Assembly (NCBI GenBank): GCA_963668675.2
Contig: CAXXMB010000002.1
Span: 2,368,001 to 2,432,000 of the forward strand
Source of the DNA: an uncultured Desulfatitalea sp.
GTDB lineage: Bacteria > Desulfobacterota > Desulfobacteria > Desulfobacterales > Desulfosarcinaceae
DNA length: 64,000 nt
Direction: 5' to 3'
A program made the translations under genes and the position numbers. The notes under the pieces are model-generated. The model made no database searches. It was given only the letters and a program-made list of their open reading frames with translations, and was not told where the DNA came from. This document shows, piece after piece, positions 20,290 to 30,644 of the stretch; the first letter of the stretch is position 1; every line of letters begins with the position of its first letter.

Positions 20290-21339
20290 TTACAAATTCA
20301 GATAATCCGGTCTCTGGTTGTCGGCTTTGAGGCCCTCTTCGATACGGTCCAGCACCTTTTGCTTCTCTTCGGGAAACTTATATCCTTCGTAGCTGTGGGT
20401 AAAGAGAAGGTTGCCGCGCCGATCGCGCCAGTAGTTGCCGGCATGGTCGAAGCAGACCCGCGAGGTGACATCCAGTTCGGTGACCATGCGTTTGAGCTCC
20501 ATCAGCTGCCCCTCGGGGGTCAGCAGATGGTAGTCGCCCTTTTGGGCCCATTCGTGCATGGTGGTTCCCGGTATCGTATAGAACGGCCGGGAACGGATAT
20601 AGTGGGGGTTGATGGCGTTGAGCACCCGGGCCGTATTGACGGCGTGGTTCTCCCACATATCGCGTCCTCCCAACCCGGGCATCCAGTATTCGGAGACTTG
20701 AAAACCGGCCGCCATGGCCTTGCGGCCTCCCTTGATATGGCCTTCGGAGGTGACGCCCTTTTTAACTTTTTTGAGCAGCTCGTCGTCGCCGGTCTCCAGT
20801 CCGATGTGCAACCGGTCCAGGCCGGCCTTGCGTATGTCAACCAACTCCTCGTGCTTTTTCTGGGACAGGGTCTTGGCCCGGGCGTAGGAGGTGACCCGCT
20901 CGATCGAGGGGAAGGTGCTTCTCAAATGGCGCAACACCTCCACCAATCGGTCGGTGGGCATGATCACGCTGTTGGCATCCTGTACAAAAGCGGTTTTTCC
21001 GCCTGCCAATAGCCAGTGGTACACCATGGCGAAGCCCTGGTGGTAATTGAGCTCGGGATTGCGACCGATCAGGGCGACCACATTTTCACGGCTCACGGTC
21101 CCGTCCGGGCGTCCGCCCTTCAGATCTTTGCACAGGGCAGCAATGGCGTCGATATCGGCTTTGATCTCGTCGGTGCTGCGCAGCTCAAATTTTTCGGTTT
21201 TATACATGGCACAGAATTCACAGCGGTTCCACGGGCAGTTGCGCGTGAAGCGGACCAGCAGCGAATAGCTGCCCCCTTCGCTCGGGGGACGGTAGATGCC
21301 GGTTTCAAAGTCATAGCGGTTTGCAGCTTGGGCTGGCAT
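20290..21339 (-). CDS. Radical SAM protein
   Basis: IYRPPSE, CPWNRCEFC (CxxxCxxC), GLETGDD; GAGGAG SD before MPAQ. Confidence 0.93.
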   Translation of the reverse strand: MPAQAANRYDFETGIYRPPSEGGSYSLLVRFTRNCPWNRCEFCAMYKTEKFELRSTDEIKADIDAIAALCKDLKGGRPDGTVSRENVVALIGRNPELNYHQGFAMVYHWLLAGGKTAFVQDANSVIMPTDRLVEVLRHLRSTFPSIERVTSYARAKTLSQKKHEELVDIRKAGLDRLHIGLETGDDELLKKVKKGVTSEGHIKGGRKAMAAGFQVSEYWMPGLGGRDMWENHAVNTARVLNAINPHYIRSRPFYTIPGTTMHEWAQKGDYHLLTPEGQLMELKRMVTELDVTSRVCFDHAGNYWRDRRGNLLFTHSYEGYKFPEEKQKVLDRIEEGLKADNQRPDYLNL

Positions 21340-21448
21340 GGGAACTCCTCGTTGGGTCAGGGGTTTCAATTTTTAAGGTTTTCAGCGGATACCATAACCA
21401 TTTCAGCGGGCAATTCAATTGAGACCCTGCGCTTTGTGGCCTCTGGGA

Positions 21449-22630
21449 TCAGGCGTCGCCGGCGGCAGGCAGGTAGACGGTGATAGTGGTCCCGGTTCCA
21501 GGGATGCTGTCGATGTCAATGAACCCGTTATGATTGGCAATGATACCATAGGCGCTGGAGAGGCCCAGGCCACGGTGCTGGCCGATGCCCTTGGTGGTGA
21601 AGAACGGCTCGATGGCGCGTTTGCGTGTATTGTCATCCATGCCCGAACCCGAATCGCGAATCGATATCTTGACGCACTTGTTGCTTCCGGCGTCCTGAAA
21701 CGGTTCACGCCCCTCGGTGAGTTCGAAATTTTCGGTTTTAACGACCACCTTGCCCTTGTCGTCAATGGCCTGCCACGCATTGAGCATGATGTTCATGATC
21801 ACCTGCTCCATCTGCTGACAGTCAGCCTCTGTCGGCCACAGCGACGGATCCAACTCCTTGACGAGGGCCACCTCGTTCTGGCTGCGGGCAAAGGTTTTGG
21901 CCATCTCTTCGACCACCATATTCATGTTCACCCGGCTTACGTTGTATTTACCCGATTGTGCAAATCCCAGCATCTGGCGGGTGAGCTTGGCGGCATCCTG
22001 TACACAGGCCTCAATACCCTTCAAATGGTCGCGGCGCACATCGTTCAATCCCATGCTGCGGTAGAGCAGCGAGACGCGGCCCTGTATGCCCATGAGCAGG
22101 TTGTTGAACGAGTGGGCCATGCCGCCCGACAGGGTGCGCAACGTGGCGAGGCTCTCGTTTTGAAAATAGTGCTGCTCGATCAGTTTCTGAGAGGTGATGT
22201 CGCGGATAATGTTCAGCGTGGCCGGCTCACCCTCCCACTCGATTCGCACGGCATTGACCTCGGCCCAGAAGATGTCTCCCCTTCGGGTGATGATGCGCAG
22301 GGGGTACATGTTCAGGATCTTTTCGCCCTTCAGGCGCTGCTCGTGGCGTTGGACAACGAGATCGCGCTCTTCGGGGTGCAGATACTCGGTAAAGGGAACC
22401 TTCTCCAGATCCTCGGCCAATACACCCCCCAGTGCCAGCGCTTTGGGGTTGGCAAAGCGGATTTTCCCGTCCTGGAGGACGAAGATGGCGTCATTGGCAT
22501 TCTCCACCAGCACCCTGTATTTGTCTTCGGCCTGGCGCAACGCATCCCTGAGGCTCTCCACCTCCTCTGTTTTTTCAGCTAAAGCAAGACGTTGGGCTTC
22601 ATTCGGATCCGATTGTCTTTTAATATCCAT
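21449..22630 (-). CDS. PAS-domain sensor histidine kinase with atypical H-box
   Basis: PAS, AHSFNNLL, NAWQA, DSGSGM, EPFFTTK, GLGLS. Confidence 0.9.
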   Translation of the reverse strand: MDIKRQSDPNEAQRLALAEKTEEVESLRDALRQAEDKYRVLVENANDAIFVLQDGKIRFANPKALALGGVLAEDLEKVPFTEYLHPEERDLVVQRHEQRLKGEKILNMYPLRIITRRGDIFWAEVNAVRIEWEGEPATLNIIRDITSQKLIEQHYFQNESLATLRTLSGGMAHSFNNLLMGIQGRVSLLYRSMGLNDVRRDHLKGIEACVQDAAKLTRQMLGFAQSGKYNVSRVNMNMVVEEMAKTFARSQNEVALVKELDPSLWPTEADCQQMEQVIMNIMLNAWQAIDDKGKVVVKTENFELTEGREPFQDAGSNKCVKISIRDSGSGMDDNTRKRAIEPFFTTKGIGQHRGLGLSSAYGIIANHNGFIDIDSIPGTGTTITVYLPAAGDA

Positions 22631-22944
22631 CGAAATGCCTTTCACCTCTGCTGAACACGGATAATTTTGTTCCGCTCGCCCCAGGGCGCAAACCGACTGT
22701 AGATTTATATTCGGGGCAATATTTAGGGCAGGTGTATAGATTTTGGTTAATTTAATTACAGATCAACCGATAATATAGGTGTTCATCTATACCAACACTT
22801 CGTTCGGCGCAAGGGGTATGGCGAAAATTGGCTCCGGGATTGTTTGCTAATATCGAACTGTTAGGAGGTGCCAACCCCATCGGCAGGATATGAAAAGCTC
22901 CCGAATGCCGTGTTTACAAACAGAGGTCCGATGCAGCAGTCGCT

Positions 22945-25458
22945 ATGAATGATACCTATTCCATTTTTTTAATACCGCCGATGCTATCGCTCTTTTTTGG
23001 CGGCTATCTTGCGGCTCTGGCCCTGATTTCGATCAGAAGCGTATCACTCAAGGGCAGGGCACTCTTTGCCCTGATGTGCATCTGGTATTCTCTGTTGGCA
23101 CCTCTGTTTATTTGCCACCACATCATCGACGATCCGGATTTGATCCTCTCCATCGAACGTAAAGTGCACTTCTTTTACGTCTACCTCCCTGTCGTGTTCA
23201 TTGCCTTTATCCACCAACTGCTCGATATTCGCCGGCCAGTTGTCATGTTGGTCGTTACGGTATTGAGTTTTCTGATCAGTTTGACCACCCAGGGCGAGTT
23301 CTACTTCGCAGGCCTGTACAAGTATGAATGGGGGTACATCGCCAAAGGGGGCGTCGCGTTTGAGCTGTTTGGGTTATACGGTGCCCTCGCAATGATTTAC
23401 TGTATCATCCAGTTTGCACATCGCATCAAATTGGAACCGAATCCGGCACTCCGTCTCAGATTCAAATATGTTGCCTTCTCCCTTGGTGTAGCCGTGCTCC
23501 TGACCTTTTTCAACATTCCCGCCATGCATGGGGTTGATTTTTACCCGCCTGGAAATTTCAGTTTCCTCCCATTGGCGATGATCGCATACGGTCTCTTTAA
23601 ACACCGCCTGGTGGAGATCCGGAGCCTGCTTAATGTTTCATTCATTCGTTGCGTCCTTTTTATGATGGTTCTGTTACCCAACGCCATCCTCTTCAGCGAA
23701 GGCTCATCATTTTTTTTCCGTTTGCCAATGGAGCTGCAATTCATCTTGTTGGCGCTCATTTTTCTGTTAAATTATATGTATTTTGCACAAATTCGAATGG
23801 TTGCAAGGCGTTGGCTCTACAAATCGCATATCGAGCTTCGAAAGGCGGAAACCCAGTTCACCAAAGAGATGCTGGTGTTGTGTAATGCCGATGACCTCGC
23901 TCGCAAAGTGGATAGTGCCATATGCCGGATTCTGCCATTCAAATGGCTGCGGATTCTGCAATATGACACGACCGATCATGCATTGGTGACTGCTGACGAA
24001 ATGCGATACCCGCTTCCTGAACCGTTGGTAGCGATATTGGCAACTCTCAATGGCATTGTTGAGCGGTCCTCCTCACAGCAAGTGCCGGATGAAGATTCGA
24101 TTCAATCTCAGTTACACCAGATCATGTCCTGTCTTAAGGCAGCCTATGCAGTCCCTCTGGTAAACAATGAGAAGCTGGTCGGGCTGTTGATTTTGCCCAA
24201 AAAGAGCAATCAGAAGTCGATGCATCAGGAGGAGGCTGACTTCATCAAGAACATTTCCGGCACGCTGGCCCTGGCCCTCTCCAATGCGCTGATGTACCAG
24301 CGCATCGCTGCTCTCAGGGACAATTTACAGACCCGCACCGAGGCGCTGACCATGGAGATCGATGAGCGCCAACGGGCCGAGGAGTCATTGAAAGCGGTCC
24401 AGATGGAGCTTGAGGAGGCTCATGTGGCCATGGAGGAGGCCATTTTAAAGGCCAATGAGATGACGGCCAAAATTGAGATCAGCAACCATGTCCTGACCCA
24501 GGAGATGGAGGATCGCAAGAAGGTCGAAAACGCACTACGCCAGAGTGAGCAGCGATACCGCCTGATCACCGAGAACTCCACCGATGTCATCTGGACCATC
24601 GATATGGAGGGTAACTTTACTTTTATGAGCCCAGCGGTGAAGCATCTCCTGGGGTACAGTCCAGAGGAGTTGATTGAATCGGGCATTCAATTGGTTTTGA
24701 CGCCTGAGTCCCTGGAGATTGCCGGCAAGGCCATCGGCGAAGAGCTGGATCGTGTCAACAGGCCCGGCGCCGTTCTTGCACAGAGCCGCAACACCGAGCT
24801 TGAGCAGATGCGCAAGGACGGCACGACCGTCTGGACAGAGGTCAACACCTGCTTTCTGAGAGATGATAAGCGAAACATCGTTGGCGTATTAGGCGTCACC
24901 CGTGACATTACCGAGCGGCGAAAATCCGAACAGGATCTGATCCACATGGCCTACCACGATGCGCTCACCGGACTCCATAACCGAAAGGCCTTCATTGAGT
25001 ATCTGGAAAATGAGGTCCGGTATGCCCAACGCTACCAATCCGGATTGGGACTGCTCTTTTTCGATCTGAACAAATTCAAACAGGTCAATGACACATTCGG
25101 CCACGAGATCGGCGACCGGCTGCTCATTGGCGTGGCCGAGCGGCTGACCAGGGTTGTTCGGGAAACCGATCTGGTCGCCCGGCTTGGCGGCGACGAATTC
25201 ACCATTCTTCTCAAAAATCCGGATGTCGTCTTTCCGGAGATCGTTGCCCGGCGTATCGCTGAAGACTTATCCCGACCATTTGAGTTCGGGGATGTGATTG
25301 TCAATTTCGTTAGCGCCAGCATCGGTATCGCCTCTTTCCCCGATGATGGGACATCGGCCGAAGCCCTGATGAAAAATGCCGATCTTGCCATGTACAAGGC
25401 CAAAAAGGGCGCCATCGATTGTGTCCGCTATTCCGAAACGCTCTCCGAGGCGGTCTGA
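22945..25458 (+). CDS. Membrane-bound diguanylate cyclase (multi-TM, GAF-like, PAS, GGDEF)
   Basis: HDALTGLHNR, DLNKFKQVNDTFGH, I-site RETD, ARLGGDEF, ADLAMYKAK. Confidence 0.93.
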   Translation: MNDTYSIFLIPPMLSLFFGGYLAALALISIRSVSLKGRALFALMCIWYSLLAPLFICHHIIDDPDLILSIERKVHFFYVYLPVVFIAFIHQLLDIRRPVVMLVVTVLSFLISLTTQGEFYFAGLYKYEWGYIAKGGVAFELFGLYGALAMIYCIIQFAHRIKLEPNPALRLRFKYVAFSLGVAVLLTFFNIPAMHGVDFYPPGNFSFLPLAMIAYGLFKHRLVEIRSLLNVSFIRCVLFMMVLLPNAILFSEGSSFFFRLPMELQFILLALIFLLNYMYFAQIRMVARRWLYKSHIELRKAETQFTKEMLVLCNADDLARKVDSAICRILPFKWLRILQYDTTDHALVTADEMRYPLPEPLVAILATLNGIVERSSSQQVPDEDSIQSQLHQIMSCLKAAYAVPLVNNEKLVGLLILPKKSNQKSMHQEEADFIKNISGTLALALSNALMYQRIAALRDNLQTRTEALTMEIDERQRAEESLKAVQMELEEAHVAMEEAILKANEMTAKIEISNHVLTQEMEDRKKVENALRQSEQRYRLITENSTDVIWTIDMEGNFTFMSPAVKHLLGYSPEELIESGIQLVLTPESLEIAGKAIGEELDRVNRPGAVLAQSRNTELEQMRKDGTTVWTEVNTCFLRDDKRNIVGVLGVTRDITERRKSEQDLIHMAYHDALTGLHNRKAFIEYLENEVRYAQRYQSGLGLLFFDLNKFKQVNDTFGHEIGDRLLIGVAERLTRVVRETDLVARLGGDEFTILLKNPDVVFPEIVARRIAEDLSRPFEFGDVIVNFVSASIGIASFPDDGTSAEALMKNADLAMYKAKKGAIDCVRYSETLSEAV

Positions 25459-25620
25459 CCCGTTTCTGTTTCCCCGTTGATCTCCTCAATCTCTTTTCGT
25501 TAAAATGCGTTGGCATTTTGCCATAACCAAGATAGTGATACCAAATGATAATTCCGAAGAGTGAGCCGGGTGTGAGCAGCGGATCGCACCGGTAGCCGAC
25601 CAGGCCCGGCAGGGTGACCT

Positions 25621-26637
25621 ATGCGTATCGAAACCAACATCGACCTCACCGCCCTCAATACGTTCGCTTTGCCGTCCGTGGCGAAGCGCCTGCTTCGCAT
25701 TCGAAGCGAAAAGGATGCGTGCAGGCTGTTAAGGGATTCCGGTTTGGCGGGGTTGCCCAGAGCCATTCTTGGGGGCGGCAGCAACGTTATTTTGCCGCCC
25801 ACACTATCGGACGTCGTGCTTAAGGTGGAGATTTCAGGCAAACGCTTGCTTGAGGAGCGGCCCGACGCCTGGATGGTTGAGGTAGGCGCCGGCGAGGTGT
25901 GGCACGACGTAGTTGCGTGGACCATAGCGATGGGATGGCCCGGTCTGGAGAATCTGGCCCTCATCCCTGGAACGGCGGGAGCGGCGCCTATTCAGAACAT
26001 CGGCGCATACGGCGTCGAGCTCAAAGAGCGCTTCGACGCTCTGGATGCGGTGGACCTGGAAACAGGACAAAGCGTGCATATGGCGCACGACGATTGCGGC
26101 TTCGGCTATCGTGAAAGTGTCTTCAAGCGTGAGCTGGCCGGACGCTACCTGGTCACCCGAATAAGGCTGCGTCTGCCCAAACCGTGGCGGCCGGCTGTCG
26201 ACTATCCCGATTTGCAGCGCCGCGCTCGGTTAGCGGGCCGCCACACACTCGACGCGCAACAGGTGTTCGACTGGGTGTGCGCCGTGCGGAAGGCAAAGCT
26301 TCCCGATCCGGCCGATTGGGGCAATGCCGGCAGCTTTTTCAAAAATCCGGTGGTCGGCGAGACCATACGCCGGGAGCTTGTGCGCAACGAGCCGGAGATA
26401 CCGAGTTTCCCACAACCGGACGGCACCTTCAAGCTTTCGGCCGGGTGGATGATCGAGGCGTGTGGATGGAAGGGAAGGTGCATGGGCAATGTGGGGGTCT
26501 ATGAGCAGCAGGCCCTGGTCCTCGTGAACCGCGGGGGTGCCACGGCAGCGGAGGTGTTCGCCCTGGCCGCTGAAATTCGTGAGAGCGTTCGCAAACGCTT
26601 CGGTGTGACACTCGAGATGGAACCGACGCAACTTTGA
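25621..26637 (+). CDS. murB: UDP-N-acetylmuramate dehydrogenase (long, E. coli-type)
   Basis: LGGGSN, GLENLALIPG, APIQNIGAYG, FGYRESVFK, GNAGSFFKNP, QALVLVN. Confidence 0.96.
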   Translation: MRIETNIDLTALNTFALPSVAKRLLRIRSEKDACRLLRDSGLAGLPRAILGGGSNVILPPTLSDVVLKVEISGKRLLEERPDAWMVEVGAGEVWHDVVAWTIAMGWPGLENLALIPGTAGAAPIQNIGAYGVELKERFDALDAVDLETGQSVHMAHDDCGFGYRESVFKRELAGRYLVTRIRLRLPKPWRPAVDYPDLQRRARLAGRHTLDAQQVFDWVCAVRKAKLPDPADWGNAGSFFKNPVVGETIRRELVRNEPEIPSFPQPDGTFKLSAGWMIEACGWKGRCMGNVGVYEQQALVLVNRGGATAAEVFALAAEIRESVRKRFGVTLEMEPTQL

Positions 26638-26697
26638 TTCAAGGCTTTACGGAAAGCTCTGAGAAAATGCGACAGCATACTTTCTCTCGATACACCC

Positions 26698-26721
26698 CCC
26701 CCTTTTTTTGGAAAAAGGGGG
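26698..26721. terminator. Hairpin between convergent murB and queD
   Basis: cccccttttt-ttgg-aaaaaggggg perfect 10-bp stem. Confidence 0.45.
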
Positions 26722-26737
26722 ACAAGTGGATGCCGCT

Positions 26738-27118
26738 TCAAACGGCCGGTGAAGTCGGATAATACGTCGCGCAGGCGTCTTCCGACTCCCACGTCGTCAC
26801 CCGCCTCACCCGGACCTGTGTTCCGGAGAGCTTTTCAGCCAGGGTCTCTGCGATATGGACGGCGATATTTTCCGAAGAGGGGGCGTCATTGAACAGGCCA
26901 AGTTCATTGAGAAACTTGTGATCGAGGGCGTCGATAATCTCCCTGACGTGGACTTTGAGTTCACCGAAATCGATCAGCACACCCGCCTCGTTGAGCCGCT
27001 CCCCGGCCACGCACACCTCTACCTTCCAGTTGTGTCCGTGTAGATTTTCACACTTTTTGGCCACCATTTGCAGTTGGTGCGCAGCAGCGAAGTGGGTCAA
27101 TATTTTCAATTCGAACAT
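26738..27118 (-). CDS. queD: 6-carboxy-5,6,7,8-tetrahydropterin synthase
   Basis: FAAAH, CENLHGHNW, IDFG, LDHKFLNE, PSSENIA, WES. Confidence 0.95.
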   Translation of the reverse strand: MFELKILTHFAAAHQLQMVAKKCENLHGHNWKVEVCVAGERLNEAGVLIDFGELKVHVREIIDALDHKFLNELGLFNDAPSSENIAVHIAETLAEKLSGTQVRVRRVTTWESEDACATYYPTSPAV

Positions 27119-27133
27119 GGTGGTGGAACTCCT

Positions 27134-28249
27134 TTATTGGGCCGCTTTGGCCGCTGTGCTTTTAAGGATGTTTTTCAGCCGTTTGCCAAATTTGCCCTCT
27201 TCCAGCTTGGCAAACTCCTTGAGCAACCCCTCCTGCTTCTTGTTCAGGTTGGTCGGGGTCTTGATGGTGACCTGGACAATCTGGTCGCCTTTGTGGCCGT
27301 TGCGCAGTGAGGGGATCCCTTCGCCGCGGAAACGGAACACATCCCCGAACTGGGTACCTTTTGGGATTTTAAGGTTTTTCTCTCCGTCGAGGGTGGGAAC
27401 AGTGATGCTATCACCGAGGGTGGCCTGAATGAACGAGATGGGCACCTGACAGATCACATCATTGTCATCCCGCTTAAAGAAGTCGTGGGGTTTGGTATGG
27501 ATGAACACATACAGATCACCGGGAGGGCCGCCCATGGTGCCGGCTTCACCTTCTCCGCTCAACCGTAACCGGGAGTTGCTGTCGACCCCGGCCGGTATCT
27601 TGACCGATACTTTTTTATAAATCTTCTTCTGGCCGTTGCCACCGCACTCTTTACAGGGATGCGGGATGAATTGACCGGCGCCCCGGCACTGAGGGCAGGT
27701 GGTACGAATGGTAAAAAAACCCTGGCTGCGGCCGACCTGGCCTGCACCTCGGCAGTGGGGACAGGTCTCGACCTGTGTGCCGGGTTCGACTCCCTGGCCG
27801 TCACAGACGTCACAGGTTTCATGCTTGTCGATGTCGATGGTCGTTTCCACACCAAAGGCCGCATCCATGAAACTGATGCTCAGGTCATAGCGCAGGTCGG
27901 CCCCTCTGCGAGCCCGGCTGCGCCCGCCCCTGCGCCCGCCGAATCCGAAAAAATCTTCAAAGATGTCGCCGAAGCTGGAAAAGATGTCCTCGAATCCTCC
28001 AAAGCCTGAAAATCCGGAACCTTCCAGACCCTGGTGGCCATACTGGTCATAAATTTGGCGCTTTTGAGAGTCGTGCAACACCTCGTAGGCTTCGGCCGCC
28101 TCTTTGAAGTTCTCTTCGGCCTCTTTGTCTCCGGGATTGCGATCTGGATGGAATTTGAGTGCGAGCTTTCGATAGGCCGCTTTGAGGTCGTTGTCCGTGG
28201 CGTCCTTAGAGACGCCAAGTACTTCATAGTAGTCTCTTTTCGCTTTCAT
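27134..28249 (-). CDS. dnaJ: Chaperone DnaJ
   Basis: J domain HPDRN, G/F region, four CxxCxGxG repeats, GPPGDLYV. Confidence 0.97.
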   Translation of the reverse strand: MKAKRDYYEVLGVSKDATDNDLKAAYRKLALKFHPDRNPGDKEAEENFKEAAEAYEVLHDSQKRQIYDQYGHQGLEGSGFSGFGGFEDIFSSFGDIFEDFFGFGGRRGGRSRARRGADLRYDLSISFMDAAFGVETTIDIDKHETCDVCDGQGVEPGTQVETCPHCRGAGQVGRSQGFFTIRTTCPQCRGAGQFIPHPCKECGGNGQKKIYKKVSVKIPAGVDSNSRLRLSGEGEAGTMGGPPGDLYVFIHTKPHDFFKRDDNDVICQVPISFIQATLGDSITVPTLDGEKNLKIPKGTQFGDVFRFRGEGIPSLRNGHKGDQIVQVTIKTPTNLNKKQEGLLKEFAKLEEGKFGKRLKNILKSTAAKAAQ

Positions 28250-28436
28250 AGAGCGTTCCGATTGATCCTTGTTGATTGTCGGCATTGTGTGTTAGGAATA
28301 CTGATTCCGGCCAATACAGTTAGCAGGCGCGCCCAAACGCGATTGGCGGGACCATGCCATTGTCGGCCTCGTCTGTCGTGATGGCGCCCATCTGTTCAAG
28401 CACACCGGATGGGTACGTAATCAATGGCGAATATTA

Positions 28437-29171
28437 ATGCAAGAGCTTAAGTTGTCAATGAAATCCGCTGAATTGCCCTATGTGCGCGATATGTTTAACC
28501 ACATCGCGCCCCGCTACGATTTTTTAAATCGATTGCTGAGCCTTCGTCGGGATGTTTACTGGCGCCGCGAGCTGGTCGGCCGCCTCGATGTGACACCCAC
28601 GGCCCGCATTCTGGATGTGGCCTGCGGCACCGGGGATGTGGCCCTTGAAATCGTTCGCCAGCGGGGACGGGGGGTCTTCGTGGCGGCAGCGGACTTTGCC
28701 CCCCGGATGTTGCATTTGGCGCAACCCAAAATCCACGACCGGGAAGCAAGGGACAGCATCGGCCTGTTGGCCGCCGATGCCTTCAGGATGCCTTTCGGCC
28801 AGGATCTGTTCGATGCGGTCGCCATCGCTTTCGGCATTCGTAATATTCAGGACAAGGCAACGGTGTTAAGGCGCTTTTACGACCTTTTAAAGCCGGGAGG
28901 GCGGTTGGCCGTGCTGGAGCTGGCCACCCCCGACAGTAGTTTGTTGAGAAGGGCCTATCTCTTCTACTTCAACCGGCTGCTACCCCTGGTGGGGCGACTG
29001 TTCAGCAAACACGCCTTCGCCTACAGCTACCTGCCTGCCTCCGTGGCCCAGTTTCCACCAGCAGCGGAATTTGCGGTGATGATGCATTCGGTCGGTTTTC
29101 ATAAGGTGAATTACCGCAAGATGACCTTGGGGGTTGCAGTGCTCTTTATCGGCGACAAGCCGCCAAAATAG
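28437..29171 (+). CDS. menG: Demethylmenaquinone methyltransferase (UbiE/MenG); start may be 28458
   Basis: MFNHIAPRYDFLNRLLS, LDVACGTGD, FGIRN, AYSYLPASV. Confidence 0.9.
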   Translation: MQELKLSMKSAELPYVRDMFNHIAPRYDFLNRLLSLRRDVYWRRELVGRLDVTPTARILDVACGTGDVALEIVRQRGRGVFVAAADFAPRMLHLAQPKIHDREARDSIGLLAADAFRMPFGQDLFDAVAIAFGIRNIQDKATVLRRFYDLLKPGGRLAVLELATPDSSLLRRAYLFYFNRLLPLVGRLFSKHAFAYSYLPASVAQFPPAAEFAVMMHSVGFHKVNYRKMTLGVAVLFIGDKPPK

Positions 29172-29221
29172 CCCGTTGGTCAGAAAGAGCGGACGTTACA
29201 TAACAACGAAGAGGATGCGAT

Positions 29222-29632
29222 ATGCAAACTGCCAGTGAACGTCGGATGAGTGTGGGATTGTTGATCATGCGGTTGGGAATCGCCCTGAGCCAGTTTGTCT
29301 ATGCGCTGCCGCGTATTATCGACGGAAAGGGAACCTGGACCCTCGTGGGTCGGGAGATGCGGTTTTTGCATGCTGATTTTTCCGCCCAGGTGGTCGGCCT
29401 GATTCTGCTGGCCGTAGAGATTCTGGCTGCAGTAGGCCTGCTGACCGGATACCTTTTCCGGGTTAGCGCCCTCTTACTGGCCGCCGTTTACGGCCTCTAT
29501 TTCTTCAATTTTATCCATGTCGGCTATAAAACCCTGCCGCTCTACGCCGGAGCCCTGGCTTGCATCTGCATCGGCTTGCTATTCTCCGGGCCGGGCCGGT
29601 TCGCCGTCGCCGTCAAGATCGAAACCAAGTAG
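29222..29632 (+). CDS. DoxX-like membrane protein
   Basis: 4 TM, GLLIMRLG...E...G...R, C-terminal GPGRFAV. Confidence 0.7.
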   Translation: MQTASERRMSVGLLIMRLGIALSQFVYALPRIIDGKGTWTLVGREMRFLHADFSAQVVGLILLAVEILAAVGLLTGYLFRVSALLLAAVYGLYFFNFIHVGYKTLPLYAGALACICIGLLFSGPGRFAVAVKIETK

Positions 29633-29674
29633 GAGAAGCGCAACGTGCTTTACCCCGCGGAGTAGATACGAGTT

Positions 29675-30580
29675 ATGACCCAAACCAATAACGATATCAC
29701 CCTCTATAATCGCAGATCCGGCCAATTTGAGACCGAACAGGTCTATGGCCGTAAGTGGATGGATATCTTCTATGGCACCACCTGGGGGCGCGCCATTACC
29801 GGCTGGCTGCTTTGCCGGCACCCGCTCTCCAGACTCTACGGCCGGCTTCAACAGCATCCCCGCAGCCGCGCCAAGATCGACGCTTTCGTCACCCTGTATG
29901 GCATCGATCTCTCCGAAGTAGAGATCCCGCCGGGTGGCTTCGCCTCTTTCAACGACTTTTTCATCCGCCGACTCAAACCCCAGGCCCGACCGATCGATAC
30001 CGACCCATCAGCAATGGTTTCGCCGGCCGATTCACGGCTCAGCGTTTTTCCCATAGAGCCGGACACGCGCTTGACGGTCAAGGGCGCCTCCATGAGCGTC
30101 TCCCAACTGCTGGGTGGCACCCATTTGGACGACGGTTTCATGGGGGGAACCTGCCTCGTCTATCGCCTGGCACCTTGCGACTATCACCGCTTCGGCCATG
30201 TGGATGAGGGCGTCCAGGGCCCGGTCCACATCATAGACGGACCATTGCACTCGGTCAGCCCGCTGGCCCTGCGCCACAAACCTGATGTCCACTGCACCAA
30301 CTACCGGCACTGGTGCGAGGTGCAGAGCCCGCACTGGGGCACCATCCTTCAGATAGAGGTGGGCGCCATGATGGTGGGCAGCGTCGTCCAGCTCCAACCG
30401 GATGGCGGCCCTTGCCGAAGAGGCCAGGAGAAGGGCTATTTCCAGTTCGGTGGTTCGACGGTGATCGTACTACTGGAGTCGAATCGCGTTCGTATGGATG
30501 ATGATATTATGGAACACTCCCAGCAGGGGATTGAAACGCTAGTTCGGTATGGTGAAAGGGTGGGGACTTTTACAGAATAG
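29675..30580 (+). CDS. psd: Phosphatidylserine decarboxylase proenzyme
   Basis: SFNDFFIRRLK, SPAD, RLAPCDYHRF, EVGA, EKGYFQFGGST self-cleavage motif. Confidence 0.93.
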   Translation: MTQTNNDITLYNRRSGQFETEQVYGRKWMDIFYGTTWGRAITGWLLCRHPLSRLYGRLQQHPRSRAKIDAFVTLYGIDLSEVEIPPGGFASFNDFFIRRLKPQARPIDTDPSAMVSPADSRLSVFPIEPDTRLTVKGASMSVSQLLGGTHLDDGFMGGTCLVYRLAPCDYHRFGHVDEGVQGPVHIIDGPLHSVSPLALRHKPDVHCTNYRHWCEVQSPHWGTILQIEVGAMMVGSVVQLQPDGGPCRRGQEKGYFQFGGSTVIVLLESNRVRMDDDIMEHSQQGIETLVRYGERVGTFTE

Positions 30581-30644
30581 AGACTTTCCTATTAGCTGAA
30601 GCTTCCTCGTAAAAAGTACAGGCGTTATGCATTTTTTCGAATGA

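Noticed and set aside
22670..22720. c-di-GMP-I (GEMM) riboswitch suggested by gggcgcaaacc
   Set aside because: Lacks the GGCAAA...GAAA P1 hairpin and the P2 stem.
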